Shown: positions 11,150-27,000, numbered from the stretch's first letter. The stretch is DNA of 64,000 nt from Lingula anatina (GCA_051362555.1 CM120642.1:12586001-12650000); one strand, 5' to 3'. Notes: generated by a model not told the origin, from the sequence alone. Made by a program: numbers and translations.

Positions 11150-14100
11150 GTTCGTTAATTACAATTCTTAAAAATGATAAAAGTTGCGCACAGAAAGCCC
11201 GGTCTTTGCACAAGCCACAAGTCGCTCTACGCTAATACTCTTCCGTTGGAATCAGAATTTATCAATAACATAGGAATTACATGTGCCAGTACTTTCTTGT
11301 CAGTGTGACATCAAGCCGAATTAAATTCGCTAGCATCCAGCTTAATTAGTCCGTTGATACCATATTAAGTTGTAGACCTATCGGTGGTCGATTGGTCTAG
11401 TAGACTAAGTATTCTTTCTTCCAGGAACAATCGATAATAACCATCATCAGAACCTCAGCAACAGCAAGTTAAACGAACCATAGGTCCTTTTCTTTCTCTT
11501 AATGAAGTCACTTCATTAAGCGTCCCTCACATATCGAGAATAAGTGCACTGCCTCTCTTCTTCCCTTTCTCTTCGACAGCTGTTTCTAGACACGAAAATA
11601 GAATCCAAATCAATTTCTACAGGATACAATTCAGCTTGTCGTGATTTTACATTATCTGGATTTTCATGTAGAACAATACACTGCCGGTTTTTTTAATATC
11701 GAACTTGTCTGTTTAAAGTTGTCCTGCTTCCCTGATCTGAGTGTCTCACTGGGAATACTGTTGTCAATGTCACTTGACGACTGCATCTGAGCTACAGAAG
11801 CGAGGAAGTCACACGGTAGTCCAAAAACTTTGAACACCATCCGCGGCCTAATTTGACATACATACTTCACGAAAAAAGAAAAGCGATTTCTCGTTTAAGT
11901 TCATACATCTTTCTCATTTCGTTTCGAGTAAACTTAAGTTTGTCGCAAATTTTGAAATGTAGAAGAAAATACTAGGTAAGTTCTAAAGTGTGAATGAAAT
12001 TATGGAACACTTCGTCATGAATCGAATTGTGAAGTAAAATAAATATCAACATTCTCCATTCAGCTTCTATTCAGTTTACCATCATTAGGAAGGGTATTGT
12101 TGTAGGAGAGGCTAAGGTATCGTTTGTCCGATAATGTTGTCTTAAGATTCATCGTCTATTTGCTATCTACCTGTTTAATACACCCAGACCACTTTATTGA
12201 GTGCCTGAGCAAATAATTTCTCTCTAACAAGTTTCCAAACCCGTGGACTGTTTCATCACGGTTTCTTTGTAAGCATCGCTTTACCTCAGGCACAACAGAA
12301 ATGAGAATAAACTCTTTAACCTAATGCAAATTGAGAATTTTTTTTATGGAAATCCCAAGTTGATATCCACTTTAAAAGCAAAGAAATGAATTTTAAATAG
12401 TAATTTGCTGAGTAAATGTTGACGTAGAAAACAATGGAAAGAGGTTGAGGGGAGTACAAATACCCCTCCATCCGACACCATTTGTCATTGAAAGAATGGG
12501 TTTATTTCCATGAACCTCACCACAGGTGCAATATTTGTCAGGTTATAAGTCATGATGTCCGCCCAATTGGCTGTGTACACATGGTTTTATGTCCGTTTAT
12601 GATGACAACTTTTCTTTGTATATTAAAAAAGGTGAATTTGAAAAAAATGCATTTAAATAAAGCTACTTGTGGAAAGCGAGGAGGTGCCAAGGTTCATCGT
12701 AAAAGGTTATCCTGTTGTCTTCGGTCCCCAGTTCGCTAATTGACTTCTTGTGTACAGGAACAATTGAAGAAAATTCAGTGACGTCATATCTGAATAGAAT
12801 GAAAATCAGAATGACGCCAGAGAGAAGCACCTGTTTAAAAAAGTGTCGCCCTGTTGACATCGGTACTACAGAATAGAACCACATGTACTGCACGATTTGT
12901 ATTCTCAGCGTATTCCCAGTTGAATAGTGTTACTAGTTGTCAGCATAGCAGCCCAGCATAACACTACTATACATCTATTGTTTAACGTCGTATTAACAAA
13001 AGGATAACACATGTAAACATTGGGTGTCTATCCTAATGAGTGGGCAATTTTTTCCAGAGGACGCGAACAGGCCATTTTACCGAAATACAGATAAACCTAT
13101 CTATGTTCAATCAACTATACTCACTCCTACGGTAATGGTCCCGCAACATCATACTCCCCCATGTAGCCATGTCTTGAGCGAAAATCAGAATGTATTTTGT
13201 CTAATTTCTACATCCTCATTTCAAGTTTGTATACATCTTCTATGTTTGTCACTTGTTTGTGTGTCGTTACGTCTTTACGTGGTGATTTGATATCTGTTAT
13301 CAACACATATAACATACAGCCTACATTCGAAATGAACTTAGAGTAGAATTCATGTTTGTTTAACTACATATCAAGTTAAATTTGAGATAGAGCAGGATTT
13401 TTTCTTCCCCAGCGACATGGGTCTCAGATGTCAGCTGGATTGGTTTAGGCTCTGTTATCGCTTGTCTACATATCAAAATCGACAGCCAAGAAGGTTGTGT
13501 TTACCGCTTCTTATCAAGTAAGAAGACTGTGTATCGAAATTGGGTGAAATATAATGGAGCAAATTTCTGGACACAATGTTGTCATGCGTCGTTGATGGTT
13601 AAGAATTAACCTGCCTGACTTGAAAACGTTTGAAAAAAGACCATGACAAAAAGCCTAAATGTGACGAATGTACCAAACGTTGCACAACTTTTATATTCAA
13701 AACTTCGCTTGAAATGTTTTATGGTTTAACAGATCACCCAGACACCTCAGTATAATTGTTCGTTTTTTGACATGAGCATGAAATCTGTTCTTAGTTCTTT
13801 TTACTTGATTACGCGACTTTCATAAATCAGTTCTCTAAACAGAAGCTAAGGAGCATCTCATTTAATAAAGTTCAGATATAGATGAATTATTGCTACACAC
13901 TGACTCAATTTAAACTTAAGATTTATAACTATTGCTCTAAAAGTCCACGTTAAGTGTACCAGTTGATAGCAAGGAATGCGTTAGTTGCGACGTGTTTGAG
14001 GTACATTGCATTCTACCCCATAACTGTGTGCTCAATCATACGTGCACTACATACGTCATGACGCTCCAAGGTATGCCGATACCAGAAAATATCTTAAGTC

Positions 14101-16061
14101 CAAAATTAATGGATAATGGTATATATTCATTCGAATATCATTTATGCAGATTTAGTTATATTTATGAATGATGTTATATTAATGAATGTCTGAAGTGGAA
14201 AGTGTCTGGAATTTCTAATTGAAAAATATTCAGAATCCCGTATCACTTCTATTTTCCAACAATCAACATCAAACACCATCAAATTCTCCAAAGTAATGGA
14301 AACAGAATACACAAATTAAAAAAAAACAACTCATAACTCAAAATACCACCATTTCAAATTATTCCATATTATTTCATTTTTATTATCAAATTCGCATATT
14401 CGCATTTTACAGTGGTTGATGTTTTCAGGTACGAATGACTGCATGTTAAGGTAAAATACTAACTGCAGTTTAGATGGCCTTTTAAAAGTGCTATGGCGTT
14501 ATCATATAAATGTGCATTAAATGCTACGTGAGTCACACGGGGGGAAACGGGACACTTGCACCATAACCATGGTCAATGAACTCATCCACAACGACCCTTA
14601 TCCGCAGTACAATTTCTTTGTAAGTAGTATATAGCTAGTAGATCGTTATCTTATGGCATATGCATATGTACCTATTTCTATTCCTAAAACTAACTGTATC
14701 ATAATGAAAATGAATATCGCTAAGATATGGTTACGTGTAAAACTAACATGAATTGGTTATTAGATGATTGGCAACTCATTGAACTGTTGTTGTGCATGAA
14801 GAATATCTTTTACAGAGTTTGTAAAACGTTGTACAAAAACGTTTCCATAGATTCAGATTGTGCGTATCTACAACTATGGTGTGAACATTCATATCTGTTA
14901 TATAAAACTAAACATAAAAATGACAGATTATGTAGTTTGAAGAAGTAAAATATATCTTCCTCGCGTAATTGTATTCAAATTTAAATAATACTTTTCAAAA
15001 TTCTTTGATTCAGTTTTGACCGCTATTCATAAAATCGCTTATCACTAAAGTAAATCATTTAACTTTATCCTGTTTCCGACATTTTTAAATATCAGTTTTA
15101 AAACTGACAGATGACAAAACGGACCCATAACATAATAAGTTGCATGAAACTAGAAGAACCATACAGGTTTCTAGTATTTACAGGCGCTATATGATATTTC
15201 ACTAATATCTATGAGCGTATAAAAATGAGTCGCTGATGCTCTCTTCTTTACAATATTAAATCCTTTTCCTGTAAATTTCTTTCCTCAAGGCTTTTCACAT
15301 ATTCACCCAGATAGCCGGAGTTAGGTAACTGTTCGTAACATCATGTTTGTTCATTTAACCGTAATGTAGAGATGGAATTATATGAGAATGGTCCAAATAT
15401 TTCAGGAGTGAAACTAACTGTTATTTGCTATAGTGTACATTGGCTATAAGAAATTGTAAACATGCGACGGTTTTGAATTAGTGCGTGCTGAAAATTGCAA
15501 TGTATTTCGTATATGAGAAGCTGTCATTTGAGCTGACTTTGTTGACTTGTGTTTCACATATATCGTGTCAAATATTCCGTACAGTGTGGCAAATACATGG
15601 AGGACACGATGAAAATGTTTCCAAATAGCACTCCATGGTTAAATGAATGTATACTTCGAGGCAGACAAACCAGTTGAAACCAGACAGGTCTTTCTATTTT
15701 TTTACTTTTTAAAAGGTCATTGGCATCACAAGTTCTCAAAATGGCTGAAATATTTGCCCTGAGAGGACATACCGTAAATAAGAGTGCGAGAGGATGCATG
15801 TATGTGGGCGAGGGGTTATGCCAATTTTTTTAATGCTTCAAAAATCCAAAAGTCGTGTGTTATAAGTTGTATGACAAGATTCAGTTTCTCATTCAAAAGC
15901 TGTCCAACGTAACACCATGTTGGTATATCTTAAGTCAAGTAAGGTGGATCACCCCATCAATTTTGAACAATACTTTCCTAGGATTACATCATCTATAAAT
16001 CTGCATCCATATTGCCAATTTGATGCGCCTGCGCAGTGTGGGATGTAATGAACACCCTGTC

Positions 16062-18040
16062 TCAAGCCAACAGATAAAAGCACCAGTAACCAACATTAAA
16101 AATGAGGAAAAGAGTCGGAAACACAAGCCGTGAATATTTATCAATGTTATTGACGTCTTTGACCGTTGGTACTTTCTTTGTTATAGTTTTAGCTTTCTCC
16201 CTGATGCCTGTCACAATGCGTTTTCCGCTTTTAAAACTGCTCCTTATGGAACTTGTTCTCCGTCGTGCGCTGCTCTGTCTTTGAACTCGTCCTTGATAAC
16301 CGTAGGATCCACGTGGTAAGCACGTAGTCATTCGTACGGGTGCTGTCGACATTGTTTGTTCGTTTTCATAACAACAGCTCTGTCTGTTTCTAAGACTTAG
16401 TATAGGGGACATTCTTGGATCTTGCATTTCTATAGATTCATCCTGAAAAAATATTTAAATGATGAGACAAACGACATTGGCTTTACTCGCAATTACGCCA
16501 AGAATACAAAGTCAAACTTTTGCAATACGTGCTTTTTTATGACAACATTTTATGGAAATCTGACAATAGTCAGGGAATCATTTCCTCTCCTTAAAATCGG
16601 TCTGTCCCAAAAGAGTCAGAACTTAAGTGAAAAAAATTCTGAAACCAGTGGCATATGAATAATTTTAAGTAAAGTAATATGTTTTTTTTTTCACCGCATA
16701 ATTCCATATTTTCTATATTAGCTTGAATTATTCCAATCTGCATAAGCTAAAAAAAAAAACAAAACAATTTAAACGTCTTAAATCAACACCAGTCATCTAG
16801 CGTTTATATGTGCATCAATTGTTACCTCATCGGCGCTGGTCCGAAAGCCATTGACTTTTTGCTGCTGAAGTTCCTGCTCCTGCTTGGCCTTCTTGGCTTT
16901 CTTTTTGGCCCTGGCCCCCCAATACGTATAGTTTACGGCTGCGTACTCAAGCAGTGCAGCGAACACAAAGACAAAACACATGACCAGGTAGATGTCTATT
17001 GCTTTGACGTAGGATATACGAGGGAGGGAAGACCGTACGCCAGTACTGATAGTGGTCATGGTGAGCACCGTCGTGATGCCTGGAACACGAAAAACCGGGG
17101 AAAGAAAGTAGTATTCATTTCATTTACAATTGTGATTAATAATATAGGACTAATACTGTAGCTTTAAACACGCGAAGCTTGTTGTGGAGAATGCGTTATA
17201 CATATGAACTACCAATGAGTGTTACTGAACGCAGTCATTATAGAAGAAACGGGCGCGCTATACATTCAGTTTAATGCAACAAAATAACGATTTGGTCCTG
17301 CACAGACTCACCTAATGCAACTCTCGCTGAGGTGGCCTCATGGTTGATCCAGAAAGAGACCCAGGACAGCATCACAATAAGGATGGAGGGGAGATAGGTT
17401 TGGAAAATGAAGTAGCCAATATTTCTTTGTAGAAGGAAGCTGAGCGATAATCGTTGATAATCGCCTGGAAAGACAATGGTATGACATCAATTGTTTTAAT
17501 TAATTTTAAGGGATGTGCCGACTTATCGTGGTTTGTGAACGTGTATTTAACCTGAAAGGAAGGTTGGTGAACATATAACTAGTAGATGGCATATTATTTT
17601 AAGACGTGTCAATGAAGAACTTTTTTGTCATGTATTAGATACTAGAATGCTGCCAATCCTAAAGGTTCAAAATAGATAAAGCATTACTTATTACCAACAA
17701 CAAAATGGTCTATTAAAAGATAGCAAAAGAGATGCCTATAACTCAGTCGAGAAAAGATGACATTAACTTACCCGTGGCAAGATACTGCACCGTGCTAATG
17801 GTTCTATATTCTACAATAGAGAACTGGGGGAGCTCCACGTGCTCTACGCCTTTAACGGAGTCCTTCCCCGCTTTCCAATACATCACTACGTCCTGCATAG
17901 CGTAGCCATCTATTACGACAATGAGAAAAAATGAATAGATAAAATCATCCAAGCTGTAATAAGAGGAAGTAGAGTAAAGAGGAGAGAGGCTGTAATGATG
18001 TATGATAATATACTTTTAAATTTAAATTTACTTTTTAACC

Positions 18041-18087
<47 letters not shown>

Positions 18088-21000
18088 GTGGAAGAACAAA
18101 AAGATCACAGAATGTGCATTAAATTCAATCAGATCTATATTTTATAACTCGTTTATCTTGACATTGTACTGGTCAACGCGTGGACTACAAAATTATTGCC
18201 ACTACTACTGTAGCACAACTTTCAATACTCAATACTGTTGGCAAAATGGTATTTTCCAAATGTCTATATCAAATTTACATGTTTTGTTTTATATTCGCTA
18301 TCCTGTCGATTTAATTAACCGCAATTTTACTGTGCAACTTGAAGTTACAATATTGCTCGTTCAATTCAAATTTTAAGAGGCCTAGTTACCAGATAAGAAC
18401 TCTTGTGACCAAACCAGTTTCAAACGTAACACAGAATAAGTCGCCTGTAGAGGTCGGTGTACATGTAGATATGATATGAAACAATGCACACTAATCCAAT
18501 AAAGTAAAATGCCCATATCTTCAACATAGAAGTTTAAATATACATGTACGTTTCTGACCGTGTTGTACTACCTAGAATAATGTCACTGCTAATGAAAAGG
18601 CTTTGAATTGACGTTTTTGCCTATATTCTCTATTGATTGCCGTATGATCTTTTAACAACTATAATGTCGACAAAAATTCTTTGGGGAAATGTCAGAAGTA
18701 GTTTGCCTTGTAGATTCACTCACTGTGCAAAATATCGAGACTATATTGTATTCGTGGCAGACAATATGGTGACTTTCTGTTTGGCAATGGTTACGTAAGT
18801 TGAAAAGGCCGCCATTTCAAGATGAACTGAAATCATAAATTCATCGCATTTCAAAGAGACAACCGACTCCCAAGATGTGCCGTCAGTCGATTATTTCTAT
18901 TAACTCAGACAATGTACATCGCCATTTCCCCATCGTTGAAAACAAAAGCCTGTTGTTTGGATCAATTTTGATATCCAGGCCTACTGTATGTGCCCAGTCT
19001 CTCACTTATTGCCGTTTCCAAACTGGTTTGTGGGCCATGGTGCTAAAGCATGTTAAATGCGAAGCCAATTTAGCTGATGAAAACCTCGAGTTTTAAATCA
19101 ATAAGCTGTTAACGGTTTCAATAGACTAAGATCAATCTACGTTTCAAACTAAACAGAAAGGAGAGACACAATTGACTTTTTGACGACGATTTTCGCATAG
19201 TGCACCAGTTACGGGAGTATCGCGGTATGTTTGCTTAAGATCGGTTTTCCGTTATAAAGTCAAGGTTAGAAAGTGGTGGCCAAGAGAAGATGCATTATCT
19301 TTGGGCACGTTACACACATACTTGCGAATTCCTTTATTCCGGCCAATTTCCGGACCCTTCCTCTACTTGATTGATGGCCCTTTGTTTTAATTATGGGATT
19401 ATATTGGATAATTTGAAAGAACGAGAATGGTCAATAGTATCAGATACTCACAGCTTTCCATCTCTATGGTACAGTTCTGCTCGTCCAGTGGATAGTAATG
19501 TAAATCCATCATGCAAGCTAAAGTTGTCGTAAATCTGGAAACAGCGTAAAATGGTTGAATCTCTACTTCATTTACAGCAAGAAAATTTGAATTCTTTCTT
19601 TCTGGTGAAAATGATTCTAAATTTACCGCTTAATAGCTTTTTTTCCTTATTTTTAAAGTCATATATATAACAAAGTAATCAAAATATGAACGCAGTTTCG
19701 CAATTATTAAGCAATTATTATGCAATGAAATCCAAATCAGTAACCCTTCGTTACCTCATTCCATAGGCTATAGAACCATCTCCATAGAGTCGGACCATTT
19801 TGTTTTTCTCTGTTACTTCGTGCAAGAACGAGTTTTTGTCGTTGGCGAAAAACGTATCAGGGACCCAAATCTTCTCTGCAAAGTCCCCAGTAAGGGTCAT
19901 GTATTCATCCGCGTTTGAGAACTGAAGTCTTTCGTCTCTCCAGTACTGATTTAGGTATAAAGTTATAGTATAATCCTGAAAAAAATGAAAAATACGACAA
20001 TCAAACACGGTTGATTGTTCTAACATGTATCCTCAATTAGAAAACGGTTACTGCGTATAGTTCGTTGAATGCTACAGCTTTTTTATCGTGGGAATGATGG
20101 TATGGGGTTCTGTACCATGAACATTTTATACCGTGGGTCGAACGGCTGACTCTAGGTGTAGGAATTCCACAATATCTCTTCAGATTTTAAACCGAAAATA
20201 AAAAAGCTGAAAAAGACTCCATTATAATATAGAAAGTAACGCTGTAAGAATGAATGAAAAATCACGAGTTTGCTTCAGAATCGGCTTCAACCGTTGAAAG
20301 GCACCGATTAACACAGGGAACATGTATATAGAATTGAAATGAATTGGTAAAAGGCTAGATATCGGAGTACTGATCTAAGAAAAATTGTGATTCGGATTAC
20401 CGCTGGCAGCTATTGTGATAGTAATTAATTCTGAGAAATAATTTTCGTTCGATTACTGACAAGAACAAATTAGAAAAATGAAAAAAAATTGCTTCCTTAA
20501 ATCATACATGTAATTCGAGAAAATGTAAACCAAAAATTCTGTACAAAAGTTCAAACCGTTTCCTGTGACGATTTCAGTCAAGAGCACTTCGTCGAGACAT
20601 GTTCTGAACTAACATAATTTCAATTCAACTGTCAGTCATCAATGTCTGTCAAATTGTAGGTCAGAGAGGAAGCCGTTGTTTCTTTAAACTCATTGATACA
20701 ACATTGGCATCTACACAAGTCAAGGGTCATAATGGCGAATGCACGTAACAGGCGAAAGAGTTCTCAAACACACCTGTCTAGAAAGTGCAAAGCGTACTCA
20801 AATGCCTGCATCGGTTTTAGGTTTCGGAACAACATATCCGCAGGCGGTCCACATCGGCAATTTTAGGATCACAAATTAGTGATTACAGGCAATAAAATCA
20901 GCTTTTCCATTTCGTTTCACATGAAAAGAATATTGCAAAATACCGTTCCGCTTTTGTACCAAGGTATTTTTCATTAAATGGTACAATCAATTCATGAAGT

Positions 21001-24000
21001 CGAATGATAAAAATGTATCCCACGCCATTTGGAGCGATTATTTCAGTTCCTTGACTTGGGGACGCTCCAGCAGCGAATAGATGCCTAATTAAGGTCATAA
21101 AACTGGCACGTGTTTGTGCTCAAAAATCGTTTGTAGGGGCGGGGAACAAAACTTCTCTACTGTGCACACTTGTACATTGTACTGCCCTCGTGATAAAAAT
21201 TAAAACTTGACCAGTTTGCTTTTCTCCTACACAACACTGTATTACTAAAGCACCTCTGTAGAGATTTCTGGAATCTAACATAGAACATCCGTTATCACCA
21301 GGTTGCTTCCATTGTCCTTTACCTAATACATGTCGATGAGATTGAATGTTTACAAACTCCTATGACCAATTTGATTGCAAGGATGAACTTTGCTTGTGTG
21401 CAAGAATGACCAGTGTGTCCGATTTCTAATTAAATTTTCTTGAATATTAAGTAAATTTGCCGCATTTGGTATCGATTACGGCCTAACGGTGCCAAACGAC
21501 CGGGGGTGTGGTGTTGTCTGGAACCAATGCCAGTCTCAACGATCCAGCTTGCATCTATACAGTAAAACACCAATATTTATTTAGACAACCCATTACAGAA
21601 ACCATTATACATCGTACCAAACGTGAAACAGATTTTGTTACGTTATCATTACGAGATGCTTCATGTTATAATCCAGGGAATTTAATTACGTTGGATACTC
21701 AATGGTTTCGTGGCAACAGGATTCCTAGAAAGTGAGGTGTAACGAACAGCACATTTTTGGTGTTTTCTCTTATTACAAATTGTAGTTTGCATCAACATGG
21801 GAAGAGTCATTCATATGCAGAGTTTCTGGAAGTTTTTTGTAGTACACACGTAGTGAAATTGTAGTAAACGCTATTTTTGACCAGAGGCTAATGGTTTATG
21901 TGGATTAAGAAGGAATAACCCTGGCTACCTATAATCTGTTTCACTTATTAACATCATTTAGATTACTTTGTGGTCATGCTCTGTAAGATTGTATTCACTT
22001 AAAGCGTGCCGTGTCAAGATAAAGCGATTACATATACGACGGCCACAAATGACTGACGTCCTTAACATCATTAATTGAAATTAAATGAATCACAAAAAAA
22101 GAAGGAAAAAGACAGAAAAACACAAAAAGAAAAAAATGTGCTCAAAAATGAAAATGAATTTTTTCATCTGTTATGATGACCAAAGCGTTCAGGTTTACCT
22201 GAAGTTCTATAACGTATGTTCTAAAAATCGGAAAATATGTTTTAAAGGAGTTTGCAGTGATCGAAATGCAAACAACTACTTCCTGCTTCATAACTCACGC
22301 AGCGTAGATTTATTAGCAAGTTAGACTCTCCACCTAATTTGTGAAACAAGGGAAGCCCAGAGCAAATTGAAGGGTGTTTTTTGATACGAAAAAGCGATAA
22401 ACGTCAATGCATTGCCACTTATAAAGGAAATTCGTTACTCAACAAAACAGGACTAAATTACATTGCGTTATATGCGACTGTTCCAAACACGGGTTTTATT
22501 AGACTCGAACTGTGCGCCAATTGCCAGTACAAGACAACCCCGAGGGAGCTTAAACTTTAAACCCCTTCAAAACACCACGGATCTCTACTTCCAGAGGAGT
22601 TAGTCGCACCGCGGGACTTAATAACGGTGTTGTTCGAAGTAGCAGGTATTCACAGTTAATCCACACCATGCGTCTGGCTATTTGTCCGGTACGTATTGGA
22701 AATACCATCCAGTGTGATAATGGCGAAGACATGGGATTTATCAGTCTCCTTGTATCCAATGTAAGGGGAAGCGGCAAAATCTCCCCATTCTTGGCGTGTG
22801 GGTGGCGCGAGCAAGGGGATTACAATAAGATGCAGCGTGCCTTTGGACAATACTCGAATATGTATGTGCACTGCTCTTTCCGTTCTTTAAGTTTGCTTAA
22901 GAAAGTGAAGAGCCATCTGTGACTTTGGATTGGTTTTCTGGACAGTCAATTTTTTATACTTTTTTGACCTACATGCTTTTGTGCCTTTATCAAATGCACA
23001 TAAGTGCCATTGCTCATATATGCAATCATTGTCTACACATCTACACATTAAAAAAAAAAAAAACTACTGTACCAACTACATTATTTTTCACCTTTTCCAT
23101 CATTCCTGCATAATGAAGTTTTGCTAAGAAAAGTAACCTTAAACGGGAAACCTACAACGCGTTTTACACAAGCGCGACTCTGAGCAGCTACACCCACGTG
23201 AGTAATGGCATCTTTGACCAGAAAAGATGAAAACCTGTATGCCCTATTTAAACCACAGTCAATAAAATTAACCTCCAACACAGTAGCTTTTTTGACACGG
23301 AAAAAGTACTGTTTCAACACATGTGACCCTTTTCACACCAACGTTGTTGAAGTACGTGCTCCAACAATGCCAACTTTTATGTAAAATAACGATTTCTAGA
23401 ACTTTAAGGTACTAATAGCCTCGGGCATCTGTTCCTAAGGTAATTAAACGTGCAATCGCATTAACTACCCGGGATACAGTGTTCTTCACCCCCAGTCATT
23501 ACTCGAAGGCACGGAGAATGCATCAGTCATCGATTATGGAAAGGAAAAAAACTAAATCCTATACTCTCACAGATAATACTCTTTTAAGCGCCAACTAGTG
23601 ATTATAGAGGACGTGGCGAAAGTAATCTAAATGCTATCAACGAGCGCCGCAAATTATCGTTTATATCAGCAAGCGTTTAATGAGACAGCCACGCAATTTT
23701 TCACGACAGTGTGAAAGGGTTGTTATTTAATCAAAATCTAGAGTTAAGTGTCGTCTTGGATGAAGTATGTGTCGTAACATATCTCCCTGTGACGTATCTT
23801 TAAACACTGCCCATACATGTATAGCTAAAAGTAAGTGGACAGTGATTGTGTTGTCTTGTGTTCAGGAAACAACATCAAATGAGGTAGGAAACATTCGCAA
23901 GGAAACTCTCTCCTAACTCAATCAAACGACACACTCCAAACACCAATTAACTCTATCAAAATTAATACGAAGTAAAGTGTACGGCTTCCATGGTTAAAAT

Positions 24001-27000
24001 GGTCAAGATTTTAATTCCCCATTCTCAACAATAACGTATGGTAGAGAAAGGTCTGGTGGAAGAGCTTGTGAGCATAGAGAGAGCAGGAGGTAACCGATTA
24101 CATTGGTAAATGTATTGAACCAGTCACTTAATAACATAATAAAAGCAAGGGAATCAATTATTTATGTCCTGATTTGGCAGGAATTGATTTCATTTGGTTG
24201 ATTAATTGTGGGCATCTCCACCAATGAATTAAATCAAACGCAAGACTTTTTGTGGATGTTTAATTGGCGTTTCAAAAGAACGTTCTATTTATATACTGAC
24301 GGTCTATGTTGCCACAGGTTTCGATTTTTAAAAAAATATAAACCCAATTTGGTAAATTCAAGACGTAAATTGCATCCAGTTAATTCTGTTGTAACCTTTA
24401 TAAACCGAGACTTTCTTTCTTTGACAAAGGTATAAGAGTCCATGAGAAGATGTCTTGCTTCACAGTAGTCTTCTTAAATCAAATATATGGGTGAATTATC
24501 CTAAAGGTCTTCTATAACTCAAAATCGATGTTGGTACCAAGTACCCCACATTTTCTTAGCGGAGTAATTCTTTTATTAAATTAGTGAAACAACTTCCCTG
24601 CTTACAATATTTTGTATAACTGTGATATCTATTTGAATTGGCTAACATTTCAGCATTTTATAACAAGCGATGGGGATATAGCTATGATAAAATCAATATG
24701 CCACTGTCTATAGGAAAAGCGCACTACGATATGCTGGCTACCCTTCTTGTTGAGAAGCCTATTTGAAGATTTAAAAAAAAACACAACTTATCATTGGAAA
24801 TATTCTGAAAAATGCCTTTACTTGGCATGCCCTTAAAATTAGGATTATAAAAACACGAGGGTTGTTATGGTTTTTGACAATCCACATTATCTTAGGAAAA
24901 TCAAAGAAACTCCTCTGCATTGGTTCGAGTGCACACGAGGTGCCAATTACTATCTCATACAAACAAGACCTGGACAGTTTTCGCGAAAAAAACCTTCGTT
25001 AATGCTTTTCAGACGTTACTGGCCTCCTCGCCCTCCAGAGAGACGCGTGGCGAAAATTATGGGGCAAATTGAGCAGCAGTAGTGTCACAGCGGGAGACCA
25101 TGAGCCTCAGAAGCCACGGCGAAGAAAAAAAAGCACTACGCACTTCAGTCCTGATGTCTTTAAAACTCATAAAAGAGAGTTAATTCAAGGCGCTAATTGA
25201 GCTGCCACTTGGCGGCTCTCTTTTCTTGAGGGGAAACAATAACCGTTCATTTTTTTCGCCTTTGACATAGCGGCTGAGAGATCCTACTGTTGGAGATGGA
25301 ATGAAAGTTTGAACAGTGTGCGTAATGGCCAATTAAGATTATTGATAACAACCTAATTTTGAAATAAAGACTTTCTTAATGAAACCCAATTTTCTGATAA
25401 GAACGTTAAACGCCAGAACTTGATTTGCTATTGGACATAGGCATACAGTATGGCCGGAGAATCCAATGACAGTCGGTAGCAATGGTTTATTAATTCGATC
25501 AATCGCTCTCTCAGGGGTCAAAGTTGATGGCCTTTGACCTCTGCATATTGATACCTGATATCTGTGTTTCACATTACTCGCCATAACATGGCCTTAGGAT
25601 ATGCTGCTGGGATTTGGGTAACTTAATAAATAATGAGCGGTTGTAGAACTGCGGAGATTTATATCTACCAAGATAGAGACCCACATGTTTTTATTTTGGG
25701 GATTTCGATATTAATAATATTTTACTGCCCCATCCGGAAAGTCATCTTTATCTATGTTTACTATGTCACTATGGAAATTTCATTAAGTTAGAATAACGAC
25801 ATCCATATTATTTCTTTTTTTTTATCAAAATATGAAACCCCTTTCGGGCGTAAAAATATTGCAATTGCCACTTTTTCAGTAATTATTAAACATTTCACTA
25901 AATTTTTATATAAAAGACAAATTATCATTATGGTATTCGGTTACAAAATGAGTTGAAAATTGTCCCTATACTGAAACTTACCATATTAACTTCTGATATG
26001 CTATCGAAGCTGGCGATAACAATGTCCATTCCAACATGCAAAGAATCACCTGAAACCATAAAAAAAGTCAGGGTGAACAACCACAACGATACAGTACAGC
26101 GATGGCAATAGATATTTTCATGTATTAGTACTACTGTTTGTGTTTAACATCATGGAATCTGGAATTATTCGAATTTACGCAATTTTCATGTCGAATGAAG
26201 GAGATTCAGGGGCGTGGGTTAAGTGTTGTTAAAAGGGCAGAAGTACTTGATAAATATAACGTCTACATATATCCGTAAGACATAATGGGAACCGAAAAGA
26301 CGCGCGTTTGCAGTATTACTTAAACCGCCCTGAATAAACGTCCGGTGCCCTACACTATTGGGACTTGATTGAAAACTTAATCATACACAGGTCATTCTGA
26401 TTTTTATCTTCCACCTTCGGTTCGTTTATAATACTTTTTCCAAGAACCGCTAATTCGACAGTCCTGGTGTAACCGATGTTCAAAGTTACAAGGCGCTTAT
26501 ATACCAGATGTTCAACCGGTCATCTTAATTTATTTATTATATTTATTCGCACGGAAAGCACATGTGATTTTCTTGGGATTTAGTAAACTGGGAAAGTCAG
26601 TTCAAAGGTATGGGTAATGTCGTCAGATACATTACCTGTGTATAACGCAATAGTCTTTTGTGTACATACAGCACATACATCGGCATAAACGACTTTCACA
26701 ATTTATTTGTTTTATAGAATAAAAAAATATATAGAATAAAAAAATTCCCTTATCTCTCTGCAAGAGTGTCGTAGCTTCCCTGTCTAGTCACGTTAGATGC
26801 CATTCATTAATTTGGAAGCTATCGGGTCACACGGGACTCCCCATCTCGTCAGATATGAAATATTTGTCAAATCGAGCATAACAAAATAATAACACTTAAG
26901 GTGAAATTATTGAAACGTGAGACATTCTTCAATACGTTCAATAAGGGAGAACGGCCAGTCGAACCCATGACGGTATTTTCGCTTCATGCTTCATTGACAA

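Noticed and set aside
11517-11870. Coding-like minus-strand stretch upstream of the CNBD gene; a 1-nt change in the T7 run at ~11688-11694 would fuse two short frames
   Set aside because: Even fused it stops near 11517 and has no recognisable motif, and an in-frame stop precedes the ATG at 11149. More likely UTR or intergenic.
22500-22925. GC-richer patch with overlapping short ORFs in the LCCH3 intron (nested gene or alternative exon?)
   Set aside because: No Cys-loop or TE similarity recognised, no convincing splice pair, and ORFs are under 90 aa.
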